A stretch of DNA of 64,000 nucleotides from Clostridia bacterium (GTDB lineage: Bacteria > Bacillota > Clostridia > Oscillospirales > CAG-272), in contig JAFUQU010000001.1 in the NCBI GenBank assembly GCA_017472255.1, forward strand, positions 5,304 to 69,303, given 5' to 3'. The translations under genes were made by a program, and so were the position numbers. Under the pieces are notes generated by a model, which was given only the letters and a program-made list of their open reading frames with translations, did no database searches and was not told the origin of the DNA. Below, piece by piece: positions 18,701 to 27,254 of the stretch; within the stretch, counting starts at the first letter, position 1, and the number at the start of each line of letters is the position of its first letter.

Positions 18701-19853
18701 CTGGGAGGAATGCGGCGGCAATCCCAAGGTGCTTTGGGCAAATTACACCGCGAATCCGGATCGGTATCGAGACGACGAGGACTTCCTTGCAATCTGCGAA
18801 ACCCTCTTCCGTCGGGATATCAGCGTAGGCTCGACCTATGTTGAGGTTACGACAAACGGTTCCCACACCTTCTATTTTGTAGATAACGCGGGCAATATAA
18901 CGACGACGACGGTCGAGGTTGACTGCATCGACGATACGGCGCCGGTTGTCGAATCTGTGAAATGGAACTTCAGCTATCTCACCGGCGAGCGGTTTGATAC
19001 GCTCACAGCTGCGCAGGGAAGCGTAACGGTGGAAAACGGACTGTATCTGATTGACAAGGATGTGACCAAGCATCTTACCAATCAGCCTGTTACTGTCACC
19101 ATTACCACGGATGAGCCGGTGGTTCTCCACGGCGGCGCCAGCACCAACTATAGTACCGTCATCAGCAAGACATTCTCCGAAAATGGTTTGTACTCCTTCA
19201 ATCTGGCGGATAAGGCGGGCAACATCCGTCAGTTGAATGTGGAGATTGCCAATATCCTGAAGCGTGAGATTCACATCAGTTTGGAGGATCCCGACGATCT
19301 CATCCTGATCGAGGGACAGGATGCGGGTACCAAACTGGAATCGCTGGCGAAGTTCAGCGTCTACACCTACGTTGATAAGGTGAAAACGGCGGTTTCCAAC
19401 GTGACATCCTATATCGATTACGGCAGCTTTGATTATACGGACATCACTAAGAACAAATTCAGCCGCAGAACACCATATACGATCCGGTATACCGTATGGG
19501 ATGAGGTCGGCAACAGCGCGACACTTTCCAAACAGATCATTCTGTGCGCGAAGGATGATATCCTTGTTCTGGTGGACGGAATTCTGCCCAATGAGTCCGG
19601 CAATGTTTATCTGACCAACGCGTCGGCGAAGGTGAACATCCAGAATTATGGCAGTCAGCCGGCCAGCGTACGCTTTGAAGCCGGACAGTACAACGGCGCG
19701 CAGATGAAGACGCGCGGCGAGCTTTTGAAGATCAACGATGACGGCACCTACACGCTTGAATTTTCCAAGGGTGACGGCTGGTACACATTGTACGTTCGCA
19801 CACTGTATCAGGATATGTATGTTGTGCATATCTACGTCAAAACATCCAATTAA
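12774..19853 (+). CDS. giant secreted multi-Ig-like-domain protein (2359 aa); no recognisable wall anchor
   Basis: Signal peptide MNTKKRVTSALITASVLFGMLSPLGGFAQKVSA. Nine D-x-[TS]-[AP]-P domain-boundary motifs (DITAPWV, DSTAPVL, DTSAPTV, DNTAPSL, DMSAPLI, DTKAPVF, DRTPPTV, DTTAPKV, DDTAPVV). No LPXTG, SLH or choline-binding end. Confidence 0.8.
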   Translation: MNTKKRVTSALITASVLFGMLSPLGGFAQKVSAATVQEKLFDASVLSSLHLQPSDFINDGSSHASATIGGNFSHTSNNHTYVANANEGDYAGSSRYYPGGKSYYRSSDQGVNDAWSVATKWTPSSAQREILSRLVTSQNQLQISARYDGWYDTQGGKSAGRAYVTVGDTASTTTDTLPTNVSKTTYHNRNTSWVNVTKYDAFILNIGGTKGSTGIVKHRNYARVASPEVYLKDITAPWVESITVVDNGYNKNYTTGDVITVEVKFSEPIRVKNGYSSAFSLNGSGISSFTVTKYDDYTQTVTFQATVGDNRNQQISKGNFSLTLNSSTSNITDLAGNALNTSSAVKSAVDENVIISGYVPRVTRVVYSHAQILNNMGGYDVSYAVQGSVKAKDFLYISLYFNQEVYSPNGSEASSKLNVKIGNTTTTASLSSRYKNGKPVTKAGDSFDCLTYMVQIPEGISDGSAVVLPASEESGYWTLTDNQEWLKYFKGNMILTNTDKKQTINARTEIVTSGSGILPVIKTDSTAPVLTLTDLNGTMASVYQTESEAASGTPINSYTLYVKSDEEVRGNVEAVLKYAPKSNRSNVKDATDTLYTGAYTVSPVKGMCLTFSIPAGIDSADYDIWLEVTAQDGIYNKDTTKFYLCADTSAPTVTIENDQMITLDGGMKAWEYDFNISDKLSQTGSVLRYRFDSSKNEFFSDSDTSFKVLSGAYENSAIVSGTIEYYGVDGMGNASAVMTDRFIIGDISELCKPVDAESASDYSKPPRSIAFTDFDAPQTVTGGTLYDYLVYRINANGAVNVICSKDGGDVSIPEDQLQNNCIIYYQKLSSTEQELKANLANEELMAALPMSELLYRCDNTAPSLKAKIVENHVGNAEYLSITAPNEEHPANITGISFALYDYTGKLLGEQDMSSKFVHNGTVVASISLEEMLNKFSLPSGEYTMMVTLTDANGHSGTYTVFENVAIIKDTPTLSNLTILNADETIVCGEADADSVSVDNEALSEKAYASAFADGYLLRADVRMRYQGNAFPSGSRLSYVVSTDGGLNWTEYTEDGIVYENEEPVIVTENGERYVVYTITLPLPEQNVDGEASCLVRVKWDVNPYVTDGVRVSTLYDMSAPLISVTETAVGSDASGWSDVIDYTNDYVKLSLPVSDSGICPNALKVTVSEVRDVDGNVIAPSAYASYVELTDSTSSAPTAIVKESGRVTFTVTDAWGNTANVTYVCAWIDDIETGCHVYTDADTELYTYFTLKNYSDYTLAAVPSGTELTADSSEEELAAAAALYQTLLNEDYLETESLATMAAARSGDLNSALRIFQRRLTEEAYDIICIVYDRRGGWEAYNIMTAVNEATAIEAEPFTSTVTNRGNVVNVVQTLTFNKMVAQLDDDLVEEIIQDGYTPDRDDIFFGELAFSKTIEAVIEDDNVREGSTMAEVYVTDIYGQIAMVPVDITGTTIIDYAGYTITYLDNGEQVDDDHIFGGNSAITLEIVGNDGISVLQVDASYMDNVVTEGVVTYDGEEYYSKITLTMEAGKLNGEGYYHAADIRIRNIAGTESEEYVDEIAIQYDTKAPVFVDAVEMIRRDSYDPGKVVYLFYDRREVVRVLENTDGEGGEFTAVPSTNGIYYAQYLANTTPMVAAEDCDGNTTAKITGPVIEDIVVSTTLTEGVDFVLNVSDENGEALEDGAYYTNVIAEIQALEGGKSFTAEPDGAVTIETENPFIFRLTDENGNTTIYSYTAPIDRTPPTVSTVQDNAGSLVKRIIYTITATDEKSGVAQVYIAGAGKYGEDVVLDMDEESGAYIFTTSSPDTYTLCVVDALGNRTEKKISSNSSVVGDLEITVTYHTQGKTNRGSRVSLQSADGRRIYSRVVDSTISEADYFISGNTIYVMKNGMLTVSCSDEIGNAATASVVIINIDTTAPKVISTVTVAENEDGTIDTTRAYVTFKAEGEDADADGNTIPESVYLLRMTDQDVTFTDNWVWEECGGNPKVLWANYTANPDRYRDDEDFLAICETLFRRDISVGSTYVEVTTNGSHTFYFVDNAGNITTTTVEVDCIDDTAPVVESVKWNFSYLTGERFDTLTAAQGSVTVENGLYLIDKDVTKHLTNQPVTVTITTDEPVVLHGGASTNYSTVISKTFSENGLYSFNLADKAGNIRQLNVEIANILKREIHISLEDPDDLILIEGQDAGTKLESLAKFSVYTYVDKVKTAVSNVTSYIDYGSFDYTDITKNKFSRRTPYTIRYTVWDEVGNSATLSKQIILCAKDDILVLVDGILPNESGNVYLTNASAKVNIQNYGSQPASVRFEAGQYNGAQMKTRGELLKINDDGTYTLEFSKGDGWYTLYVRTLYQDMYVVHIYVKTSN

Positions 19854-19871
19854 GACCAGGGAGCATACACA

Positions 19872-22800
19872 ATGAGAATCGTGAAAAGAATCATCTCAGC
19901 CGTTCTGGCAGCAGCAATGCTGCTGCCGGGACTAACGGTTGACATATTGGGTACCGAAACAGCGTCTGGTACGGTATCCTTACAGAGCGGAATGAGCATC
20001 AGCAATGACTACATGGAGTTTTCCATCAACAAGGATACTGGCTTTTTCGCAATCACCACGCTGGAGGGACATCCTCAGAAGAAGGGGGACAATAATATAG
20101 CGCTGCTGTACGATGGGGATTCCATCGAGACCTCCTTCACGACAGTACGCATCGACGGCACCGACTATATCTTCGGACAGGAATACGGCATCTTTGGCAT
20201 TGACACCAAAATGGAAGAACCCAAGGTGGACGTTGTCAACAACATCATCTCGCGGACATGGACGATTCACAGCATCTCCATCACCGAAAAGGCGCAGCTC
20301 TCCCGGACGGACAACACGTCCACCACGGGCAGTGTGCGTCTGTCCTATGAGGTTGTGAACAACGCCGGCAAGGCACATACGGTCGGAATCCGCGTGATGC
20401 TGGACAACGCGCTGGGGACGATTGACGCGCCGATTACCATGACGCAGAACGAGCTGGCGCCCATTTCCAAGGAAGCGGAGTTCTTTGTTAAAAATGCGGA
20501 CGGTACCGTTCGTGATCCCGGTATGTATATCCGCTATATTGACAGCTATGAGAATCCGACCAAGGAAGCGTACATAACCTTCAGCGGTCTGGAGACGCCG
20601 GATGTGAGCCGTATGGTTGTCGGTCACTGGTATCATCTGGCATCCTCAAAGTGGCAGTGCACGCCGGATACCGATCTCGCTTTCGACAACGGCTTCAACA
20701 CCTACGGTACGGCGGATACGGCTACGGCGCTTTACTGGAATGAAACCACGCTGAATCCCGAAGGAAAGCTCATCCGCAGCCTTACCTACGGTGTAGGCGA
20801 ATTCACGGCAGACGCGGCGAGTGCCGAGTTTAACATCTCCCTTTCGCTGAACGGCGAGCTTGAATTCAATGAAGCGGGCGAATATAAGAATGATATCTAT
20901 GATGCAACGCTCCAGGTTTACAACAATGTGGACGGCAGCGTTGATATCCAGAACGCGACGCTGAATCTGGCGGTGGACAGCGGGCTGAAGATTCTGCTGC
21001 CCGCAGATGACGAAACCTTCGTTTATCTTGACGAATACACCTCGCAGCTCGGTTTTATGGCGGCGGGCACGGTGGAGACATATACCTTCCAGATTCAGGT
21101 GGAGGAACAGATTGAACTGACTCCGCTGGAGGTACGGGCGACGGTGCGCGGCAATTCGGATACAGATTCTGTCCGTGCATCGCAGTACATTCTCGCGCCC
21201 GGACGGAAAGCCACGGAGTATTCCGTCAGCGTTGAGACCATCACGGACAAGACCTATCACTGTGAGGGACAGCGCGTCATGATGGCGTTTGGCTCCTTCC
21301 CGTCCGCGCTGATGGAGGACCGCACCCTGTGGGCGGCGGCATTCGTGAACACCCAGGACAAGAGTATCCGCTATGAAATCGATACCGATAGCATTGTGGT
21401 GGACGATAAGCGGATGACCATCCAGTACACAGGCGATATGGTGATTGGTCAATATGCGCTGGAGCTTGCCTTCTACGGTGCACTGGAGGAGCTTGTCGGC
21501 AATGTCTATACCTCGTCGGCAACATTCAGCATTGTGAACAATCCCTCGCTGATGACAAACCAGTACGCATATGTGGTTGCATACCGTTCCGGTGCGGGAA
21601 CAGCATCGCAGTATTACATTCAGAGCCTGAGCTCCGACGCGGCGCTGGAAGCCTTTAAGCAAAGTCTGGAAGCGAAGAACGATGCGAACAACGATAACGT
21701 TGCGGAAGCCATTCTGGTGCTGAAGGGCAGCTTTGAGGCGATTCGCAATGATGATGAGCAGATTGTCGGTTATTCCGCGCTTCAGGATTTTACGGTCAAC
21801 GATGTGATAACGGGCAAAAAAGGCTCCACGTTGACGTATGGCGATTTTACCGAAAGTTCGAAGAACCCGGGAACCTTTTACTGGAATTATGTCATCCTGA
21901 ACGGTGTGGGTGAGGTTCGCACGGCGACCTCTCCCATTATGGACAGCGACTGGCATATTATACTGACCAATAATGTCTTCTACTCGATTTCTTCCAAAAA
22001 CGTCAAGCTGGAAGCGACCGGACTTCCGGGATATATGATGGATATAGCCGGCGGTCTCATCAATCTGAAGTACGGCGTTTTCGGCAAGGATGCTGAGCTT
22101 GGCAACTATATCAGCTTTGGCGGCAGCTTTACGCTGACCGGCTACGGCGTAGCCAACGGCGATTATATGACGACAGACGCACCTCCGGTCAACGATCTCG
22201 GCTTCAACGCCGCGAAATATCAAACGCCGGAAAAACTGAAGGTCAACAAGAAAACCATATATGCCGGTGCGGCAATTGACGACGTGATTTTCAACAAGGA
22301 CGGCTTCTGCGGCATCAACACCACCATTGAAATCGGTGTTGGTGCGTCGAATATCCTGCGTACCAGCAACAAGGAAATGTTCTCGCTGATGCTCTACATC
22401 AATACCTTCGACAACATGACGGTCGGCGGTGAGATTACATTCTCGGTAAAAAGCTATACGGTCGTTCTGGGAATTGAGTTCAGAATGGCCACGACCAAGC
22501 TGGGAGAGAGCCAGTTACTGATCAATTCCATTAAAGCGTCGGTGGCGATACCGCCCACAGCGCCGTTGGATCTCATCCCGCCTTATGTGGGGCTGACATC
22601 GGCAGGCTTTGCCCTGAACGGTCTGGTGGACGCGATTGAGCTTACCGGTATGGAGGCTCAGGAGGCGGTGGCGGCGGTCAGCAGCCTGACGTCGAACATC
22701 ACCGTCAGCATCGGTGCCATCATTGTGCGCGTCCTGTCAGCTACCGGTATACTGGAATTAAGCCCCAATCATTTTACCCTCACGGTAGTACTTGGCAGCC

Positions 22801-25800
22801 CGTATCTGCCTGGATTGACTGGTACTGTCTCCGCAGGCATGAAATGGCGTGTGGCTGTGCGGGATAAGGATGGCAATGTCCTGTCTCCGCTCAAGATCAG
22901 TGCATTTCTTTTCCTAGGCGCCAACATTTTTGATATTGCACTTGTGAACGGAACGTTAAGCATTTCCGCTGCCGGTGAAACGGGCAATCCGGAAGAAGCT
23001 TTCGCGAACGAATCGGTTCACGGCGGATTGCAGATATATGGTGTAGTTAAGGTTCCGGCTGTGGTTCCCGTGTTCGGCGGGATGGAGCTTTTCGACGGTA
23101 CGGGTATCATCAATGATATCGGTTTTTCCCTTGCAGTCAATGTGTGCGGTGTTGAATTCATTGTATCGCAGGGCTGGGACGATGAAGACGTAGCGTTCAC
23201 CTATGCGGTTGGCGAAGGGGAAGATGAGAAGATATCCTTCGGCAATATGCAGATGCTTCTTGTAGAGGAAGTGCCCGAGGAGCCGGCGTCGGTCTTTGCA
23301 CTCCGCAGAACCATGGCAGAGCTGCCCACCATGACGTCCTACATTACCACCGTGGACAGCAGCGATGCGGTCATTGCGGTCAGATATACCGGCGAGCATC
23401 CCAGCGCAGACGGATTGGCTCTTACCATCGACGGTGAGGAATATCCGCTCACAGAAGCCACCGCTGACGATTATTACGGCAACGGCAACTGCGCGATTGT
23501 TCCCGATGCAGACGGAGAGGGCGGCAGAATCATCATCGGCGTGAAGAATCCGGGGGCAGGCAAGAAGACCTATACCATTACCTCCGCGTCCGAGCTGATA
23601 TTCACCGGCATGGAAGCACTGGCACTCCAGGGCAGCGCATCGATTGAAAGCGTTGCGGTCAACGCGGACGAATCCATCACGGTAACAGCCGACAGAAGTC
23701 TCAAGGGCAGCACCGTGAATCTCTACTACACGGATTCTCCCGATCTGTACGAAAATATCCGCACGGATACCTATGAGGAAGACGGCGAAACCAAGCTTCG
23801 CGTTTACTCTGTGGATGCGGACGGACATGAAATCGATCTGGACATGAACGGAATGTCGAAAATCAGCGAGCATTGTGTCTACACGGAAACCGTGACTGCG
23901 GACAGCGATACGATCACGATTCCCAAGTCCGCTCTGGATGTGGATGAGAACATGAAGTCCGGCGAATATTATGTCCTGGCGGCTGTTATCTCCACAAATA
24001 GAAGGGTTACTCGCGCGTCTGACAAGACGAGCCGGATGATTCATGAGAATGCCAACGAGCCGGAGCAGGTTGCTTCCGCGTCTCTGGTTGATATCGGTGA
24101 CGAAACGCTGGAGCTTGTGATCACGGATGGCGAGTCCGCTGACTACGATGGCTACTATATCAGCGTTTATGACTCCGAGGGCGAATATCTCATAGAGGAT
24201 ACCTATTACTCGACCGACGAAGTGATCACTTTCGACGGTGAGGCCGGAAAAACTTATCAGGCGGAAATCTATACCGTGAAAACGGTGTCGGACGGAGACA
24301 CGTCCGATGTGGCAGTCTCGGGCAGTGCCTATACGACGGAGCCGGTTACGCTGCATAAGCCGACCACGGTGGAAATCACCAGCTTTGTGATGAACAACGA
24401 CACGGTCTCCGGCAGCTTCACCCGCATGGATGAAACCGGCGAAAATGTGACCGACATGGTTGACTACATCAGCGGCAGAACAGCTTCCTTCACAGTAACA
24501 ACCGCTGAGGATGTGCAGGGCTACTTTATCATCGACGGCATGGAAGCCATAATGAACGCCCCGGATAAGCTGACAAACCAGTTCTTCTACTACGGTGAGT
24601 TTGATGAAGGCGTTCACACGGTTGCCTTCCGCGCAGTCAATTCGCAGGGCGACAGCACGGTAACGGAGGGGATCACCTTCGGCGTCAATGTGTCCGAAGC
24701 GTCCATTCTGGTGGAATCCGCTATCATTCCTGTGGCGGAGGATGGAACGATCACCATCCGCGGTCTGGCGCACAATACGGAGACGATCGCTTTCCAGGGA
24801 AAGACATACACCCCTGCAGCGGACGGTACGTTTGAAATCACGGAAGCTGTCAGCCTTGACCGTTTCGCACAGCGCTATATGCTGACAGCGACCGGTCCTT
24901 CCGATCTGACCGCCGTTTCCAGCATCCTCGTTGTGGATACATCCTATGAGCCGATTTCCTCCGTGGATATCCTTGTGGACGGCGTGTCCGAGGATCAGAT
25001 CACAGCGGAGCCGGGCGATACACTGACTCTTTCTGCGGTAGGCTATGCGGGCAGTGAGATACGCGATGTTAGCGACGGCGCGGAGCTGTCCGTCGTGAAG
25101 GGCAGCAATGTGGCTGTGCTGGACGGCAATTCGCTGAAGCTCACCGCTTCCGGTACGGCGTTTGTGAAGCTGACCTACAATATGGGCAGCTATATCCTCG
25201 ACAGCCGGACGGATGATTATCGCTTTGAGGATATCATCGAAATTACCGTATCGGAGCGTTCCTCCGGCGTGACCGCGTCCATCCCGAACGGCGCGACGGT
25301 AGAGAAGGGAACACTGCTGACGCTGGAAGGCGATGGTACCATCTATTATACCACCGACGGTTCCGAGCCGACTACCGATTCGCTGCGCTATACCGGACCC
25401 ATCGAGATCACGGAAAGTGTCATCATCAAGGCGCGTGCGTACGCGGACGGCGAGCTGGCGAGCGAGATTACGACCATCACGGTCAACGTGTCCGACAACT
25501 CCGATGGCGGCGGCATTTTCATTCCGATTCTGAAGCCCAATGAACCTGTAATTGGCTCCTCCGTGACGGATACGTCCGTGGACGAGGGATATCCGGTCGA
25601 GCTGACAACAGACGCGGACGGCGTGATCTGCTACACGACGGACGGCACGACGCCGGACAGAAATTCGGCGAAGTATGAAGCTCCGATAATCCTGACAGAG
25701 GACACTGTGATCAAGGCGGTCGTATGGTACGGCGGCGATCGCTACAGCGAGGTGCAGACCTTCACCTATACGATCAATACGTATTGGATCCGCCTGAACG

Positions 25801-26336
25801 GCGAGATTCAGAAGACGCAGCTGATGAACGGCTATCCCGACGGAACCTTCCGCCCGGATGACAAGCTGACCCGCGCAGAAGCGGCGACCATCCTGCGGCG
25901 CGCGACCATCATGACCGGCTATCATATCTCTGACGGCGTGTTCAGCGATACGGAAATGTGGGCGGAGCAGTACATCAATGAACTGGCTGCTGCCGGTATC
26001 GTGAACGGTTATCCGGATGGCACCTTCCGCCCGGACAACACCGTGACCCGCGCCGAGTTCGTGACCATGCTGATGCGCATCATCGGTCAGGAAGGCGGTC
26101 GGAATGGATTTGCGGACGTTCAGGGACACTGGGCGGAGAAATATGTCGCCAAGGCGGCTGAATACGGTTATGTGGGCGGCTATCCCGACGGAACCTTCCG
26201 CCCGGACGCATCAATCACCCGTGCGGAGGCATTCAAGATTATGTCCACCGTGTTCGGATGGGAAGCGGACGGTACAGAATCGCGGTTTACCGATGTAACG
26301 GAAGCGCACTGGGCGTTCGGTTATATCGCTGACTGA
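19872..26336 (+). CDS. giant S-layer-homology-anchored surface protein (2154 aa)
   Basis: Signal peptide. Big_2-like segment. Two chitobiase/hexosaminidase-C-like modules (GTIYYTTDGSEPT, GVICYTTDGTTPD). Three C-terminal SLH repeats (NGYPDGTFRPD x3, about 25800-26333). Starts 18 nt after the previous gene, with SD AGGGAG. Confidence 0.85.
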   Translation: MRIVKRIISAVLAAAMLLPGLTVDILGTETASGTVSLQSGMSISNDYMEFSINKDTGFFAITTLEGHPQKKGDNNIALLYDGDSIETSFTTVRIDGTDYIFGQEYGIFGIDTKMEEPKVDVVNNIISRTWTIHSISITEKAQLSRTDNTSTTGSVRLSYEVVNNAGKAHTVGIRVMLDNALGTIDAPITMTQNELAPISKEAEFFVKNADGTVRDPGMYIRYIDSYENPTKEAYITFSGLETPDVSRMVVGHWYHLASSKWQCTPDTDLAFDNGFNTYGTADTATALYWNETTLNPEGKLIRSLTYGVGEFTADAASAEFNISLSLNGELEFNEAGEYKNDIYDATLQVYNNVDGSVDIQNATLNLAVDSGLKILLPADDETFVYLDEYTSQLGFMAAGTVETYTFQIQVEEQIELTPLEVRATVRGNSDTDSVRASQYILAPGRKATEYSVSVETITDKTYHCEGQRVMMAFGSFPSALMEDRTLWAAAFVNTQDKSIRYEIDTDSIVVDDKRMTIQYTGDMVIGQYALELAFYGALEELVGNVYTSSATFSIVNNPSLMTNQYAYVVAYRSGAGTASQYYIQSLSSDAALEAFKQSLEAKNDANNDNVAEAILVLKGSFEAIRNDDEQIVGYSALQDFTVNDVITGKKGSTLTYGDFTESSKNPGTFYWNYVILNGVGEVRTATSPIMDSDWHIILTNNVFYSISSKNVKLEATGLPGYMMDIAGGLINLKYGVFGKDAELGNYISFGGSFTLTGYGVANGDYMTTDAPPVNDLGFNAAKYQTPEKLKVNKKTIYAGAAIDDVIFNKDGFCGINTTIEIGVGASNILRTSNKEMFSLMLYINTFDNMTVGGEITFSVKSYTVVLGIEFRMATTKLGESQLLINSIKASVAIPPTAPLDLIPPYVGLTSAGFALNGLVDAIELTGMEAQEAVAAVSSLTSNITVSIGAIIVRVLSATGILELSPNHFTLTVVLGSPYLPGLTGTVSAGMKWRVAVRDKDGNVLSPLKISAFLFLGANIFDIALVNGTLSISAAGETGNPEEAFANESVHGGLQIYGVVKVPAVVPVFGGMELFDGTGIINDIGFSLAVNVCGVEFIVSQGWDDEDVAFTYAVGEGEDEKISFGNMQMLLVEEVPEEPASVFALRRTMAELPTMTSYITTVDSSDAVIAVRYTGEHPSADGLALTIDGEEYPLTEATADDYYGNGNCAIVPDADGEGGRIIIGVKNPGAGKKTYTITSASELIFTGMEALALQGSASIESVAVNADESITVTADRSLKGSTVNLYYTDSPDLYENIRTDTYEEDGETKLRVYSVDADGHEIDLDMNGMSKISEHCVYTETVTADSDTITIPKSALDVDENMKSGEYYVLAAVISTNRRVTRASDKTSRMIHENANEPEQVASASLVDIGDETLELVITDGESADYDGYYISVYDSEGEYLIEDTYYSTDEVITFDGEAGKTYQAEIYTVKTVSDGDTSDVAVSGSAYTTEPVTLHKPTTVEITSFVMNNDTVSGSFTRMDETGENVTDMVDYISGRTASFTVTTAEDVQGYFIIDGMEAIMNAPDKLTNQFFYYGEFDEGVHTVAFRAVNSQGDSTVTEGITFGVNVSEASILVESAIIPVAEDGTITIRGLAHNTETIAFQGKTYTPAADGTFEITEAVSLDRFAQRYMLTATGPSDLTAVSSILVVDTSYEPISSVDILVDGVSEDQITAEPGDTLTLSAVGYAGSEIRDVSDGAELSVVKGSNVAVLDGNSLKLTASGTAFVKLTYNMGSYILDSRTDDYRFEDIIEITVSERSSGVTASIPNGATVEKGTLLTLEGDGTIYYTTDGSEPTTDSLRYTGPIEITESVIIKARAYADGELASEITTITVNVSDNSDGGGIFIPILKPNEPVIGSSVTDTSVDEGYPVELTTDADGVICYTTDGTTPDRNSAKYEAPIILTEDTVIKAVVWYGGDRYSEVQTFTYTINTYWIRLNGEIQKTQLMNGYPDGTFRPDDKLTRAEAATILRRATIMTGYHISDGVFSDTEMWAEQYINELAAAGIVNGYPDGTFRPDNTVTRAEFVTMLMRIIGQEGGRNGFADVQGHWAEKYVAKAAEYGYVGGYPDGTFRPDASITRAEAFKIMSTVFGWEADGTESRFTDVTEAHWAFGYIAD

Positions 26337-26351
26337 ACACATTGACCAAAT

Positions 26352-26391
26352 AAAGAATGAGCAGCTACACAAACGTGCAGCTGCTCATTCT
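26352..26391. terminator. bidirectional terminator hairpin between convergent genes
   Basis: Perfect 14-bp stem AAGAATGAGCAGCT/AGCTGCTCATTCTT with a 12-nt loop, flanked by A/T runs. Confidence 0.75.
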
Positions 26392-26402
26392 TTCATCGGT
26401 GC

Positions 26403-27254
26403 TTATGCTTCGCCGCGCTCAATCCGTTCGATCAGATCGGCGATTGCGCCGTCGTTGCAGTGGCAGAGGTGAATTTTCGCGATGGCTTTCACCTTGTCGA
26501 TGGCGTTGGAAGGGCAGGCGGAGATATCGCTGGCGGCCAGAAGCGGCAGATCGTTCTCATAATCGCCCGCTGCCCAGACGCGCAGCTCACTGTCATCGCC
26601 CAGCGAGCGCAGATGGGCTTTCAGCCGGGCGATGGCCGAGCCTTTGGTGGCGGTGATGTCCTGAAACTCGTAGATCGTCTCCTCAGCGAAGGAAAAAGCG
26701 AAAAATTCCGCATAATCCGCTTCAAAGCGCTCGCGCACCTGATTCAGACGTCCGGCGTCGGCGCGGAACGCCACCCGGAACCAGCCGTTGTGGGGGATGG
26801 CGCCGCCCTCTGCCTCATGATACAGCCCGGCGCGCTTCAGCTTTTCCCAGCCGTCGGCGGACAGCTCGCTGCGGATGTAGTTGTTGCTTCGCACGATGAG
26901 ATAGCCCTGTTGAGTGGAGATGCGGACGCCCACGTCCGGGAATTCCGCCATGACCCGGCGCATCATTTCGTCGGTGCGGTCATAGTCCAGCAGAATCTCG
27001 CTGTGCCGCTGATTGGCGGTGAAATCGTAGAGATAGGCGCCGTTGCAGACAACGCAGGGGCTGTTGACCAGTTCGCGGAAGACCGGCTCCAGCGGCCCCA
27101 TGCATTCGGGCACCCGTCCGGTGGCGATGGCGAAGCGTCCGCCGTTTCGCTTGAAATATTCCACCGCTTCCAGATTCCGCGCCACCGGCTGACGGTGCTC
27201 GTCGAGGAAGGTGAAGTCGATGTCGGAAATAATGATCTTGCCTGTGAATTTCAT
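26403..27254 (-). CDS. Cof-type HAD-IIB family hydrolase
   Basis: DIDFTF (DxDxT) motif near the N-terminus. ATG 27254 overlaps the rluD stop (ATGA). The track's 322-aa extension is rejected. Confidence 0.75.
   Translation of the reverse strand: MKFTGKIIISDIDFTFLDEHRQPVARNLEAVEYFKRNGGRFAIATGRVPECMGPLEPVFRELVNSPCVVCNGAYLYDFTANQRHSEILLDYDRTDEMMRRVMAEFPDVGVRISTQQGYLIVRSNNYIRSELSADGWEKLKRAGLYHEAEGGAIPHNGWFRVAFRADAGRLNQVRERFEADYAEFFAFSFAEETIYEFQDITATKGSAIARLKAHLRSLGDDSELRVWAAGDYENDLPLLAASDISACPSNAIDKVKAIAKIHLCHCNDGAIADLIERIERGEA

Noticed and set aside
22956-26129. 1057-aa minus-strand ORF. Similar long antisense ORFs occur at 13119-13880, 15708-16481, 18330-19829 and 20646-22223, all opposite the two giant genes.
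   Set aside because: The translations are Arg/Gly/His/Val-rich low-information sequence with no SD, signal or motifs. The plus-strand frames carry signal peptides, Ig-like boundaries and SLH repeats. These are typical GC-driven shadow ORFs.
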